A stretch of 63,251 nt of DNA, filler included, from Bigelowiella natans CCMP2755 (taxonomy: Eukaryota > Protista > Cercozoa), in NCBI GenBank assembly GCA_000320545.1. It is 5 parts of 5 records of this genome, joined end to end, with 100 filler letters (N's around TTAATTAATTAA, not from the genome) between each part and the next. Parts side by side here need not be neighbours in the genome. Positions count along the whole stretch, not along the records: positions 1 to 13,643 come from ADNK01003518.1; 4 more parts are not named here. The stretch is one strand, 5' to 3'. The notes beneath the pieces were generated by a model. It was given only the letters and a program-made list of their open reading frames with translations, was not told the DNA's origin and searched no databases. This document shows positions 1 to 12,137 of this stretch, piece after piece (the stretch's first letter is position 1; each line of letters starts with the position of its first letter). A program made the position numbers and the translations under genes.

Positions 1-42
1 CCACCTCCCGCTTTCCACTGCTACTGTTGATGTACGGCGCAG

Positions 43-995
43 ATGCTGGACGCAAGAAGGAGATTGCTCAAAGAGCAGCTCAAAATCTTTAACTATGGGT
101 AATTAAAAGATATACCTGTCCCCCCCCCTCCCCTCCCTCTAATATATGTATCTTCCTTTTTCTTCTCAAGTATATTCTATAATGTTCCTCCTCCTCTCCT
201 CCCCCCCCCTTCTATGTTCAATAAACCTTATCAACTTTTTCCTAGGGCTCTAGACAGTGAAGCGCATAAAGAGCTTGTCAGGAAGTAACAAAATGTGTAG
301 CATGTGTAGCATACATAGTATAGAAGTATTATGGAACTACAACACGGAAATGTTTGATGGGGAATCCGTCCATCCTGCCGTTCTGGCTGTACTGAAGGAC
401 AACCATCTCGCCATCTTCCTGCAGGCACCTGGAGGAGAACAGCACAAATATCCTTCGTATGTCTCGGTACCTTGGCGCTGAAGTGAAGAGAGAGAGAGAA
501 GAGGGAGGGAGAGAGAGAGAGAGAGAGAGAGAGAATCAATAGCTAGAACGGCATGTTTCTCTACCTACCGCCAATTTCGCAGAGTAAATTATTAACGATT
601 TGTTGCGAATATCATCATCGCGCCATCTACCATGTTGGCGAACCGAGCGAGGAAAGCGGTCTCTTCTCTCTCTCTTTCCGTTTTATCGATGGTGTGTTTA
701 TCTATATATCGCCTGCCATCATAGGGAGCGGTCAGGGGCCGGCAGACCAAGGCATGACTCAATGGGTAGCGCGTATAGCACATTTCCGTTCCAGGTCATC
801 ATCCCACACGAAGTTAGATGCCAGACCCTATCCATTTTGCCATCTATCGTGCAACTCCTCCTCCTCCTCCACCTCCTCCTCCTCCTCCTCATACGTTGCG
901 GATGGTGATGATGATGGTGACGATGACATTTTCCGATGGTGATACAGGGAGACCATGGTGACCACTACCAGGACACGTCGCTCATGGAAGAGTAG
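43..995 (+). CDS. 3' part of a multi-exon gene of unknown function
   Basis: Exons 43-98, 246-284 and 319-456 join through GT-AG introns into an open frame (MLDARRRLLKEQLKIFNYGALDSEAHKELVRNIEVLWNYNTEMFDGESVHPAVLAVLKDNHLAIFLQAPGGEQHKYP). Later exons and the stop near 993-995 are approximate. No family recognised. Confidence 0.4.
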
Positions 996-2370
996 CAACC
1001 TCACAACCAATCCCAAAGCAAAATGAGTAGATTTGTTGTTGTTGTTGTTGTTGCACAAAGTCGTAGCAGCCCTGGTTCTTGCATTACAGAGATAATGGCG
1101 TCTGTTTTTCCGTGTGCATATGGCAGGGCCTACTCGCCGCTGGAACGATAAGGAGACTCTTAGGTGCTATGTGCAATGACACAAAAAGCCGAAGGCTATT
1201 TATTGGGCCTCCGCCGATTGATCCACTTCTCGAAGACGCTTTTCACTGGCAATGCTGACTCATGGAGTTTGGAGAGAGCTACACTGGATAGAATACAAAT
1301 GTGAGAGCGCCTTTAATGGCCGTACTTGGCCAATTGATGTTCCGCTGCGATGCAGTAGATACTGGGTTATAAAATGGATTAATAATGAGGAAACTCTCGC
1401 ATCAAACAGACGGCAACAGTATATAGACTTAAATTCTCTACAGGTGTAAAGACTTAAAGTCTCTATAACAGTAAAAAACCTAAGTTCCTTGCTTTGTATA
1501 CTACATAGCTATGCATGTCTAGATGTGTGCGATTGCTTGTGCGTTGGAAGATCTACAGATGGGTGACCACCCTAAAAGACAGTCAGACAGTGTGCGCGTG
1601 TTTGCTAGAGAATCGTTCTACATACAAACCGTGTAAAATGTAGACATTGGCAAGCATCAAGGTGTTGAGCATCTCTAGATTGTGTATATGCACATCTTGG
1701 AGCCACGCTAGCACGTGTACGTGTCAACAGCTAAACACAGCAAATGGCTCACTAGCTAATGCTGTCAATGATGCATGCTGCTGTCTAGCTAACCGTGCTA
1801 GCGTTGCCTTCACAAGTCTGTCTAGCTGTCACTACCTAGCTAGCCGTTTTGAATAGGCAATTCGGAGTCAGGCTACTCTAGTCTATGCATCTGATGTGTT
1901 GTCTACTAGTCTAGGTTGTCGCTTTGTAGACATGTCTAGATGTGTGGCACGCTAGCACGTGACCTTGCTTGCGACATACTCTACTATCATCATCACTCTA
2001 GTTAGCTAGATGGACGCCGTCCAATTGCAAGCTAGCTAGCTCTGAGCTAGCTTGCTAGCTAGCTAGCTAGTGCAAATACCGATCGCTGCATCGCGATGTG
2101 TCAAGCGCATTTTGCAATATGCGACCAACAACTGCAACGAGCTAAACCTACAACATTGTCTAGACTGCGAGCCTCAATGTCTAGTAGCTAGCATCACAGC
2201 GTCGGAGATGGCTCTTTGATTACATCATCGATCGCATCACCGCATAGTGAACCAAATGAATGTCTGAGCATAACTAGCAGCTGCAAGTGTGAGGCGAGCT
2301 AGCGAGCTAGCGAGACCCATTTGGTCGAAAGGTAGAGCTTTCACAATTTACACACGTCACTCTACATGAA

Positions 2371-3399
2371 TCATTCATCTGAGCTCTTAGTCTTTTCAGA
2401 TTCCTCGCTTGCAAGGAGATCCTTGCATCGTGCAAGGCCCTGCTTTGCTGCCTTGGATATGTATTCACCCCAACATTTAGCGACCTTCATGTCCAGGCAG
2501 TCTGTATCAAACCCTGATGATGCAGCGGTGCGCAACGGCGAAATGGGCATGTAATTCCGACTCTCCACAGCCGTAAATTGGGATTTTAAGAGAACTGACT
2601 TCAGAAGTGTTTCTGGGTTTTTCACACGAAGTTGAGCTTTTGGGAGGAGATACTCACCTCTTAAATATATGGCTCGCAAGAGACCTCGCAAGTAGGTGTC
2701 CGCAACAGGACGACGGATCAGAGCTGCCTTGTCATTGTACCCTTGCCACGAATCGCACTCGTTCACCAGGAAGTCTGCAGGCTTCTTGCGCTTCATCTCG
2801 TGTAGCAATGTAATTGGTTCAATGATATAACCGTCGTCACGTACGCGAAGTATCTCATCATATTGTTTCCCGGCCTCATACTCGAGCTCCATCATTTGCT
2901 CGTAGCACTGCGACATTGTCTCAAACTGGCGCACATGCGTGCGGAACCTCTCCACAGCTTCGATGTCAAATCTGCTCTTATCCGTCTTGTCTAAGCTGTT
3001 TATGTACCATTGCGCCGGTTCTGGCTCCGCCGGTTGTTGGTGCGAGACGTACCGAACCGTGTTGGCGTACCTTTCAAATGCTCTCGTTGCTTGCTGAACC
3101 ATCGCCTTCGTGTCGTTTCCCGCTGCAGTTGACTCGTCGTACTTTTTGTTGACGAACTGCGTCTCGTCTTCATCGTCGATTACCATAACAACGTCGACTA
3201 CATGGCCCTTGGCTGCGTTGTCCTTCACGAAGTTCTCGTTTTTGCTCGAGTATTCCAGCCTCCCAAGCTGCCCGGTCACGCACATGAGGAGGCGCAATTG
3301 ATTCCCATCTACCTCTTGAAGCTGGGAAGCGGCTTCCAGTCTCGACGCCTCGGAGAGAAATGACGAGGCGGTCAGCAACAGAACTAGGCTACTACTCAT
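2371..3399 (-). CDS. Intronless 342-aa secreted or membrane-anchored putative glycosyltransferase-like (GT-A-like) protein
   Basis: Long open ORF with a hydrophobic N-terminus. Motifs LLMCVTGQLGRLE, YDEILRVRDD, CDSWQGYNDKAALI and NPETLLK resemble an uncharacterised algal/viral/bacterial GT-like family (DUF7796-like, from memory, not searched). Confidence 0.6.
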   Translation of the reverse strand: MSSSLVLLLTASSFLSEASRLEAASQLQEVDGNQLRLLMCVTGQLGRLEYSSKNENFVKDNAAKGHVVDVVMVIDDEDETQFVNKKYDESTAAGNDTKAMVQQATRAFERYANTVRYVSHQQPAEPEPAQWYINSLDKTDKSRFDIEAVERFRTHVRQFETMSQCYEQMMELEYEAGKQYDEILRVRDDGYIIEPITLLHEMKRKKPADFLVNECDSWQGYNDKAALIRRPVADTYLRGLLRAIYLRGEYLLPKAQLRVKNPETLLKSVLLKSQFTAVESRNYMPISPLRTAASSGFDTDCLDMKVAKCWGEYISKAAKQGLARCKDLLASEESEKTKSSDE

Positions 3400-3851
3400 C
3401 CTTCCTTCGGCTAGGTTGTGCTCTCAGAGGGGGGGGGGCAGCACTTCGAAGAACGAATACCAAAGAATACTTTAATTATTCGGTTGTTTCAGGTTGAAAA
3501 GGGAGTTAAAACCTTGTCGCTTCCTCATTTTCCCCTGAATTTCATCCTTTTCGTCAAGACTCGATTGTTCCTTGCAAATTAGCCCCATATTTTACCCTGC
3601 GACAACGTAAACGAGCTTCTTCTCGAAATTCTCGGGAGAGAACCCTGGACCGAGTGCTCGGATGATCAATGCCCGGATGATCCATCTCCCCCCACAACAT
3701 GCTGCGCACACATGCATGACGTGTATTCATGTGTGCTTGTGAGAAGGATGCAGCACGTATGTCTATTTGTTGCGGGCGTTCGATATTGTGTGAAAAATGC
3801 CCGTTAGCGATGCGTGCTATCTACTTGGCAAACTTTACCAAGTCGTTGTTA

Positions 3852-4550
3852 GATCTACAATCTTTGCAAGCAAGCTTCGGCCATTTCCTGTCTTTGTGCT
3901 GATGATGAAGCCTACCCTATCTTGTATGCGTCGCATATAATATGCGCCTCATCTTAAAGCGATCTTTTTGTTTTTGGTTGGCTGATGTGCCTTCTCCGCC
4001 TAGATTTGTTTTACCTTACGAGCTACGCACGTACGCGTTTGTGTGAAAGATGATTTTGGATCGCAAGAACAAGCACGCGTGTGCGATGTAGGATGGGCTG
4101 CAATCATTGCGAGCAATTTTTTTGCCGAGACACTTTGCTGAGATGCGCATACATGCATAGCTGCGTACAATAAGCTAGCCAACGGATATTTAGTACGCGG
4201 CGGCATGGACATTCTATGCGACGCACAAGGGGCAGGCACGTATGTTATTATAATGATCATACAAAACATTGCTCGCTTGCTTTGGGCTATTAAGAAACGT
4301 ATGTGCTTGTATACGCTACTTCGTCGATCAGCCTCGTTATTGTGTCTTAGATTCTCATTCGAGGAATTCACTGAAGCCCATGCACGCACGGCGCTACGTC
4401 AGCCTTGTATCATAGCATTCGATCAATTCACATCCAACCACACGCGCCCCAATGGCTTCTCGGAGAGCCTGGAATCATACGACATGGTCCTCTCATGCAA
4501 ACGCCAACCACTCTTAGAACTATATTGCTCATATTATATATATAAATAAC

Positions 4551-4591
<41 letters not shown>

Positions 4592-4753
4592 TATTGTATT
4601 GCATTCTGTGTTGTCGTGTTGACCGACCTTCAAGCGGTTCTTCTGCCTTCCAAGGTCTCCTATCGGCGTCTATATATAGCCGGTGCAACACAATCAGTAC
4701 GTTTCGAACAGAAGTGTAATGTATACGATAAAGCACTGGGCATGTATGGATAT

Positions 4754-4788
<35 letters not shown>

Positions 4789-4831
4789 GTGTGTGTGTGT
4801 AGGAGAGGGGTTGCTGGACGTGATGAGGTAG
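3852..4831 (+). CDS. Probable multi-exon gene, unknown function (boundaries approximate)
   Basis: Short coding-like blocks (LANGYLVRGGMDILCDAQGA; NIARLLWAIKK; AFDQFTSNHTRPNGFSESLESYDM; VRFEQKCNVYDKALG) separated by intron-like, SSR-containing segments. Confidence 0.3.
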
Positions 4832-4881
4832 TAGCGCGGCATTAAATGATATAAGAACTCACACACAGATATATTTATATG

Positions 4882-4919
<38 letters not shown>

Positions 4920-5041
4920 TATTTGTATATTTATATTTTATTTTGATAACAAAAGAGGAATTCGGTGTCGGAGTTCATCGCCAAAAGAAGAAAACCAAGC
5001 AGGCCGACGAAACGGCCAGAATCTACTTTCTTCCAAGAAAG

Positions 5042-5200
5042 ATGGCCGCCATTCCGCTGTTTCGTCCCGAGCAAGATCGGCGATTTAGAGCAACAACTCG
5101 CAGCACCCTACCGCTCTATGTTTGCATGTTTCTTACTATCTATGTGACCTGGAAGGGGTATATGAACTTCGGCTGGCGCTCGAAAGATCTGCATATTTAG
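5042..5200 (+). CDS. Small 52-aa single-pass membrane protein
   Basis: ATG 5042 to TAG 5200: MAAIPLFRPEQDRRFRATTRSTLPLYVCMFLTIYVTWKGYMNFGWRSKDLHI. Basic N-part, one hydrophobic segment, no low-complexity sequence. Confidence 0.45.
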   Translation: MAAIPLFRPEQDRRFRATTRSTLPLYVCMFLTIYVTWKGYMNFGWRSKDLHI

Positions 5201-5265
5201 CGTCGTGCAAGAACGCATATCGTAAGGCACGCAACGTCAAACATCGGAAGATAGTGTGGACGGCA

Positions 5266-5551
5266 TCACAAACTCGAAGATCCAAAAACACCCACCATTC
5301 TGATAATAATACCATATCTAAGGCGTGTTTACCGAAACAGTATGAGATTTCCTGGAAAGTCGCCATCGAACCCTCTTTCTGGCACGCCCTATATTAGTTT
5401 GTATATGTGTGTTTGAAGGGGGGGGGGGGAGGGGGCGGCGAGGGGGTTGAGTTAAAATAAATGCTGCTTTACCTCGTTAGAGATGAAGAATTCCAGATCG
5501 TCGAAGCCTATTCATTATATAGTATGATTATGAACTATAATACATAAATTA

Positions 5552-5582
<31 letters not shown>

Positions 5583-5809
5583 ATATATGTGTGTGTCTGT
5601 TCATAGTGTGTGTTTGTGGATGCGTGCGAGTGTGGACTAATTATTGCGACACCTGTTGAAGATGGAACTTCGAATCGAAGGTACTCTCCCTATGATGCAG
5701 CAGGAATAAGGCATTTTGTAACTTAAGCGGCGATTTATATAATTCAATGGAACATGCCCTTCGTCCCTCTCCCTATCTCTCTCTCCACCCTCCCCCCAAC
5801 TCGAGACAC

Positions 5810-5862
<53 letters not shown>

Positions 5863-6114
5863 TAGAGAGAGAGGGAGTGTGTGTAAAGATATTCCTTTAT
5901 TTCAGTAGCTGCTGGTGAATTATTGACACCTTTGGAGTTTGAATCTGCTCGATTAGCTTACTACTGGGCTCTATGCGAAGCAGGCCCTATTTTGTCGGAT
6001 GCACATCGGCAATCAAGCAAAGCCAACAACAAATCTCAAAATGTATAAAAGAGACTTACATCATATCATATAATACCAATATCAACGCATTTTGCGTATT
6101 CTTTAGGTGTATGC

Positions 6115-6186
<72 letters not shown>

Positions 6187-6620
6187 ACAGCACGTGCCAG
6201 ATTTCAAACGCAAGTACATTGTCCGAATCATCCTACCGTCACAATTTGCGTGGATGTGAGTTCGGATTGGGTATCCTTGCCTCGCCAAGCTGACATGCTG
6301 CAACACACACACACACACATTCACACACACACACACATTCACACACACTTACAAACACACAGAATACACATCCGTGCTCATCAATAGTTGATCTCTTCTC
6401 CCTCTCCCCCCCCACTACACACATAACACGCATTCTACAACGCCCCACTGCAATCGGCTAGCACCCCCCCATCATCATCCCATAATATACCTCGACCCTG
6501 GGTTTCTACTGCTCGTTGAAATGCAGTTGGGCGTTGTACATCCCCGCAGCTTCAAGTCTATCACGAATGACGACAAAGAAGGTGTATTGTTTAGTATTTA
6601 TGTTATATGCTTGTCTGTGT

Positions 6621-6665
<45 letters not shown>

Positions 6666-7373
6666 GGGCGTGCATGTATGCATAATGTACGTGTGTAATT
6701 CGTAATGACCCTTCGTGAGGCCTATACTAGGAGCGGCTTTACTTGCATCCGCAGCTGGCTCCGTTGATGACGCTATCATCCAAACAAACCATTTTTCACA
6801 CATATGTTTCGAGAGAGGAAGGGAGGGGGAGAAGCCACACGAGTGAACGTAGAAACCAGCATGCTCATGTCGATTGTAGAAGTAGCACTACCAAGACGCG
6901 GCCGAAGAGTGCCCAGATAAACTGCTGCAGCCATCGGCAGCCCAATGAATACCTTCCTCCGAGAACGACGGGGGGGCGGATATTGCGATGAAGGTGCGAG
7001 TGGCGACGATGATGACGACGATGACGAAGTAAATCGTGCGGGAGAAGGCGGTCCTCTCGTCTAAGAACGTAATTGTTCGGCAAACAATAATTAAGACAGG
7101 GTGCACAGCAATGAGCCTCTCTCTGCACATAAATGCTTTCTTATCACTCTGCGACAATACGCGTTCCTATTCAAAACGCCAGACCAAAGGAAAGGCTGCA
7201 GCGCAAAACGAACGAATTTTCGACAATAGCAAACGGGACAACTGAAACACCATGCGTCTTTCGTTCATCAGAGGCTTGGGCCCTAACAGCATTACCCGTG
7301 GAGCCGTAGTGCGCGCGCTTTCAACACTCGCGACGGCAAGGAGGAGGCACAGAAAAAGTGGCGGCTGCATCAT
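5266..7373 (-). CDS. Multi-exon gene with N-terminal signal peptide, unknown function
   Basis: Starts MMQPPLFLCLLLAVASVESA. The last exons splice in frame (GEYLRFEVPSST/GFDDLEFFISNE/GVPERGFDGDFPGNLILF/RMVGVFGSSSL*) at GT-AG junctions. Middle exons are not resolved. Confidence 0.45.
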
Positions 7374-8416
7374 ATAACGTTGAGATCGCCCACAAGAGAA
7401 GGGAGGGAGGGGGACAAGTATGGGTGAAAATAGATGGGGATGTTGAGGCCAGCCAACTCTTTGCTATTCTCAAGTAATACGCTCAAAGCAATGGCTGCAT
7501 CGTAGTCGTGCACTTTCTCGATGGAACGGGGGAGCTGGACACGAGAGCGAAGCGATATTTTAAAGTTCAAAAATTAACCCCAGCTGGCCTTAGACATGAT
7601 GGCATTTTCAACCTGCGACATGCGATCAGTTTGTCGTAGAAGTCAAATGGGATGCCGGGGAAAGGCATCATGCATGCAATGTGACGATGGATGCTTTGTT
7701 CAATTCGATTCAATTGAAACGATGTGAGAACAATGAGACGGATGCAATGAATGAATCATGTTTGTTCAATGGCCACCCTGATGTAGCTGTGAAAAGCAGC
7801 GGCTACAGCAATGATGTTGAATCTGTTTGTTTGACGATGCCGCGCTAGCGCGCACCAGCTAGCCAGTCTCCAGGTCTGGCCAGCTGGCAGTCCAGCAGTT
7901 TTCGCTCTTCGGCAGGCAGCCTGCTCTGGTGCTGGCCTGGCAGTCACACCAGCACAGTCAAAATTTCTCATACTTTTCACTTCGCATCAAACCCATTTCT
8001 TGAAACAAGAAAGTGCATCGTCGCCGCATGTTTTCCCGTGCGTGTTGTTGCGCAAAGACCCGAATGTTCACAAGAAAGACCAGCACTGGAGCAAGCTAGC
8101 TGGCCAGAGACAAGCTGGAGAGCTCCAGAGCTGCGCTAGCTGCGGGACGTACAATTTCTAGAATTGCAGACCTAGCAATGCACGTTGGACGCAAGCTGAC
8201 AAGTGCGGAGCGCAAGACGAATGCTGGCTAGCTAGCTAGCTGGCTCACGTCACACACGTGCTTGCACGACAGTCCTGCCACGCACAGTCGTGTGCATGCT
8301 GCATGTCCATGGATGCACTGACATGCGCCAAAGATCATGATTCACAATGATGATCAGTCACGATGTCGTTCTTATCGGAATTTGCAAGTGTCAATCAATT
8401 GAAGCTCATTTAGCTT

Positions 8417-9515
8417 CTAGTCGTCTGCAGAGCTTTTTGTGGATTCGTCAAACATTGGAACAAATGAATCCGTAGCCCCCCCACCCTCGCTTGCCCCTTT
8501 ATTTTTATTCCCATCAGCGCCATCATCGTTTTCATTGTTTGCTTCACTATCATCTACTTCTTCCTCCTCCTCGTCCTCCTCCTCTGCTACACCATCCTCC
8601 CCCTCCTCCTCCTCATTGACTTCTGCTTCCTCGGAACCAAGAACGCCTAAGAAGTATATGGGGCGAGGTAGGGCTTAATTAGGTATTCATACTAGGAATA
8701 TGCTAGTATAAAATAAATATGCGCGATATAAAGACATTTGTACGCCTGCATATGAATAGAGTGTGTGAGTATGCACGCGTGTATTGCAAGACAGTTCCGT
8801 TTGATCATGACCTTTCTGTCCTCCTTCTCCGCGATCCTTGCCATCGATCTCATTGCTCACTGCTGTCGTTGGCGCTGGGTTCCCGGCAGTGCTACTCCCA
8901 GCGGGCCTCGTTATCGACTCTACGAAGTCCTCCATGTTGTGCTTTTTCCACCAAGACCTTATCCAATAGCATTTCACTTTTGGTCAACCCACAGATGAAT
9001 GCATGTAGGCGTGAAGCCCATTGCGCAGAAGAGACAACATGCCACACAGTCATCGCCCTCCTCCCCGAATCAAGGCCACGACCCACACCTCCCCCCTCCC
9101 TATTGCCATCACTGCTACTCGATGTGATATGCGCAGCGCACGTTCGTACACATAGAAGACATTCCCTCTCTGACGGCGAGTATTAGCGCCTGAACTCACT
9201 CGAAAGCCTTGGAGAGCGTCTCTCCGAATCGAAACACGAAATGCTTTGGCGGGTTGAACATCCTGCAGTTGGAGAAGATCGTCCGTATGTCGTCTCGGAA
9301 CAACAGGATGCCCTCGGCTCCGTCGTAGCACTCGTTCGTGCTCTGCCCCCCCCCCCCCTTTTTCCTCCCCGCCTGGGCCAGCTTGGCCTCGATTTTCGAG
9401 AAGTCCATCGGCTTCTTCACGACTGCGAAGTAGTTCGGAACGCCGTCGCGCACGGGATCCACCGGTTTGTTGAAAGGCCAAGCCTACAGCGCAGCAACGG
9501 CATTTGAAGGAAGAT

Positions 9516-9554
<39 letters not shown>

Positions 9555-10490
9555 TACGTTAGTGTGTGTGTGTGTGTTAGAGACGCCAAATCATATATCA
9601 AACGCGCAAGAATGGCACGTAGAGGTCGCAAGGGAGGGCATTTGTTGGGTGATGATGCTAGGGAGGGGCAGGTACTTCTTGTCGCTTCCTAAAAGTCGTG
9701 AGGAAGGAGCGCAGCTTTGTGTAGCTGTGGGAATAGAAACTCAATTCAGCTCGATGAGGAGGAAGATGTCTCATGTAGAATATCAAAATGCACAAACACA
9801 CGCACACAACGCACACACACACAAACACACACACACACACACACATGCGTCAGGCACTTCTACGCTCAGAATTATACATATACTGCTTGAAAACAAGCAG
9901 CAAACGTGAAGCTTAATCAGCATTTAGCGCTATCATTGCTAATCGGACGCATTACGTTCTTGAAACGATAACTTCCTTGGACAGCCCTCCCCCCCCACCC
10001 TTTTCGTCGGTCCCCCCCGAAGGCCCTGTTCTCTCCCCCCTCCCAGAAACGCCACTCCGAGCTCCAGCTGCTCTCCTCTCCGACCCACTGGCCTCGACGT
10101 CTTGAGCCTTCACCTTTGCCACGTACTCTAGCTGTTGCTTAACTGCTGCCTCGTACGTCAGAAAGGTCGGTGCGGGGGTCGGGGGGGGGGGTGCCACGCG
10201 GTCAAGATACTGCCTGATTTTGACGAATTCGGAGGGCCGGAGAGAGTCTACATTCAGCTGGTACTCGAGCATGTTGATGCATTCCGGGGCTAGGAGCGCC
10301 ACGACACTGCCCGCCTACGAGGAAGGAGTTTTTGGACGAGAAAGGAGGAATGATCTTCCAAACGCGTGATAATGAGATGATGTCTCGCTGGTTGGTGCTT
10401 TGTGCAAAGGCATGCTGCCGTTGCAATGGCACTTACTACGAGAAAGAGCTGCTATTATTGACGGAATGCTATTGAGTTGCTTTGTGCGCG

Positions 10491-10529
<39 letters not shown>

Positions 10530-11046
10530 TCTAGGAAGTGGCCTTTCTTAGATAGTTGTCCATATTCAAGCGATGGGTTTCGTCGTCTATGCATCTTTTA
10601 AGTCGTTATTCCCGCAGAGCTTCTTATCATCTCACCGTGTCTTCATCGAGCGACATCAGCCGTTTTGCGAGCTCCATCTTTTCCTCGTATCTTCAGAAGA
10701 GGGTGTTGGCGGTGATAGAGAAGTAAGAGGCAGGCGAAGAGACGAGCGCCATTCATTCAGAATTTGAAGTCACAGCACCCTTTTCACCCACTGCCACTCC
10801 ACGATGGCAATATGACGAAAAGCCAAAAAAAAAAAAGAGACGCCTCTATACCGTCCCCGCTCTCCTATCGTCTCCCTCTCCTCCTCTTACCCGATCTTCG
10901 CATTTGCGGCGTCCTTGATGCTCACTTTGAAGTTTACATCGCCCATCGGAGATCCCCATTTAGGGAAGAAAGATGAGGACCGCCAAAGTCTGTACGAGGG
11001 GGCAACGAACCGACGGAGAGCATGCATCATTAAGCGGCAGCGATAT

Positions 11047-11089
<43 letters not shown>

Positions 11090-12103
11090 CATCTCTTATA
11101 AGAGGAATAGTGATATGCTGCTCCGCTAGTTGTTCCCAATCGGTATTTTGCTAGTCTATTTTATTAGCATTATCCATTAGCATATCTCACTACTACTGCT
11201 GCTACCCTTTCCAACGCGAAGCCATCTTTTCTCCCATGTTGTGTATCTTGGAGAAGGGGGGGGAGGAGGAGGAGGAGGAGGAGAAGGAGGAGGAGGAGGA
11301 GAGCACAACAGCGTTCGTCAACCACGTGCATGGACGCACACGGTGGGGAAATTTGAGAACACGCGCACACACGCCCTATCGTGCAACTTCAAAGGAAGTC
11401 ATCATCATCCTCATCATCCTCATCATCATCATCAACAACAACAACAACAACAACGCACACGACATCATCCTCACCGTCGAGCCCTTTTCATTGAAGGCCC
11501 TGCAATTCTTCCAAATAGTAGCCACCGCGTCCCGGAACTCGCCGGGGTTGCGGAACATATCCCGCCGTTCCAACCGCGCGTCCTTCTTCTTCGGAGCGGC
11601 GATTTGGAGCCAGTAGGCGGCAGAGGCCGCCTTGAGAGACGATATATCTGACGAGGAGACATTGAGTCGTGCTGCTACGGTGTGAATGTCCATTGGCTCT
11701 AAGATCCGCTGAGGAGGGCAAAAGAGCACATCAAAGAAGGGAAGGGGGGGACATGTGCATATTGGAATAGAGTCGGGTGCGGTATGGATGGTAGCAAGAA
11801 GACTCACGGATATTCTCGTTTCTTTTTCTTCTTCTTCTTCCTCTTTTGGAACCTCATAATAGTGGGCGACTTGATCCTGCACTGGATGCAGGAACGCGAC
11901 GGCGTCCTTCTCGCACCTGAGGCTCTCAACCATCTCCATGGCTGTTCTCTCCCACCCCTCCGGAGCGACTAAGGGCATCGAAGAGGAGGAGGAGGAAGAA
12001 GACGAGGAGGAACCTCCTACATTTTTCCCTGACGATGACACCGACCTAGGTGCCCCTGAAAATGAATAGAAAGTCTTATTTCAATCGCGATTTACCCACC
12101 ATT

Positions 12104-12137
<34 letters not shown>

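Noticed and set aside
1424-1490. Short imperfect tandem repeat AGACTTAAA(T/G)TCTCTA
   Set aside because: Only 2-3 degenerate units with no spacer structure. Not a CRISPR array and no evidence of function.
4230-4250. Possible frequent GC-AG introns
   Set aside because: Candidate GC donors occur only in gene models I could not verify. The junctions I traced confidently are GT-AG.
5973-6698. Many short ORFs with CVCVCV, THTHTH, LSLSLS, ERERER or YIYIYI runs throughout the window
   Set aside because: Translations of intronic microsatellites.
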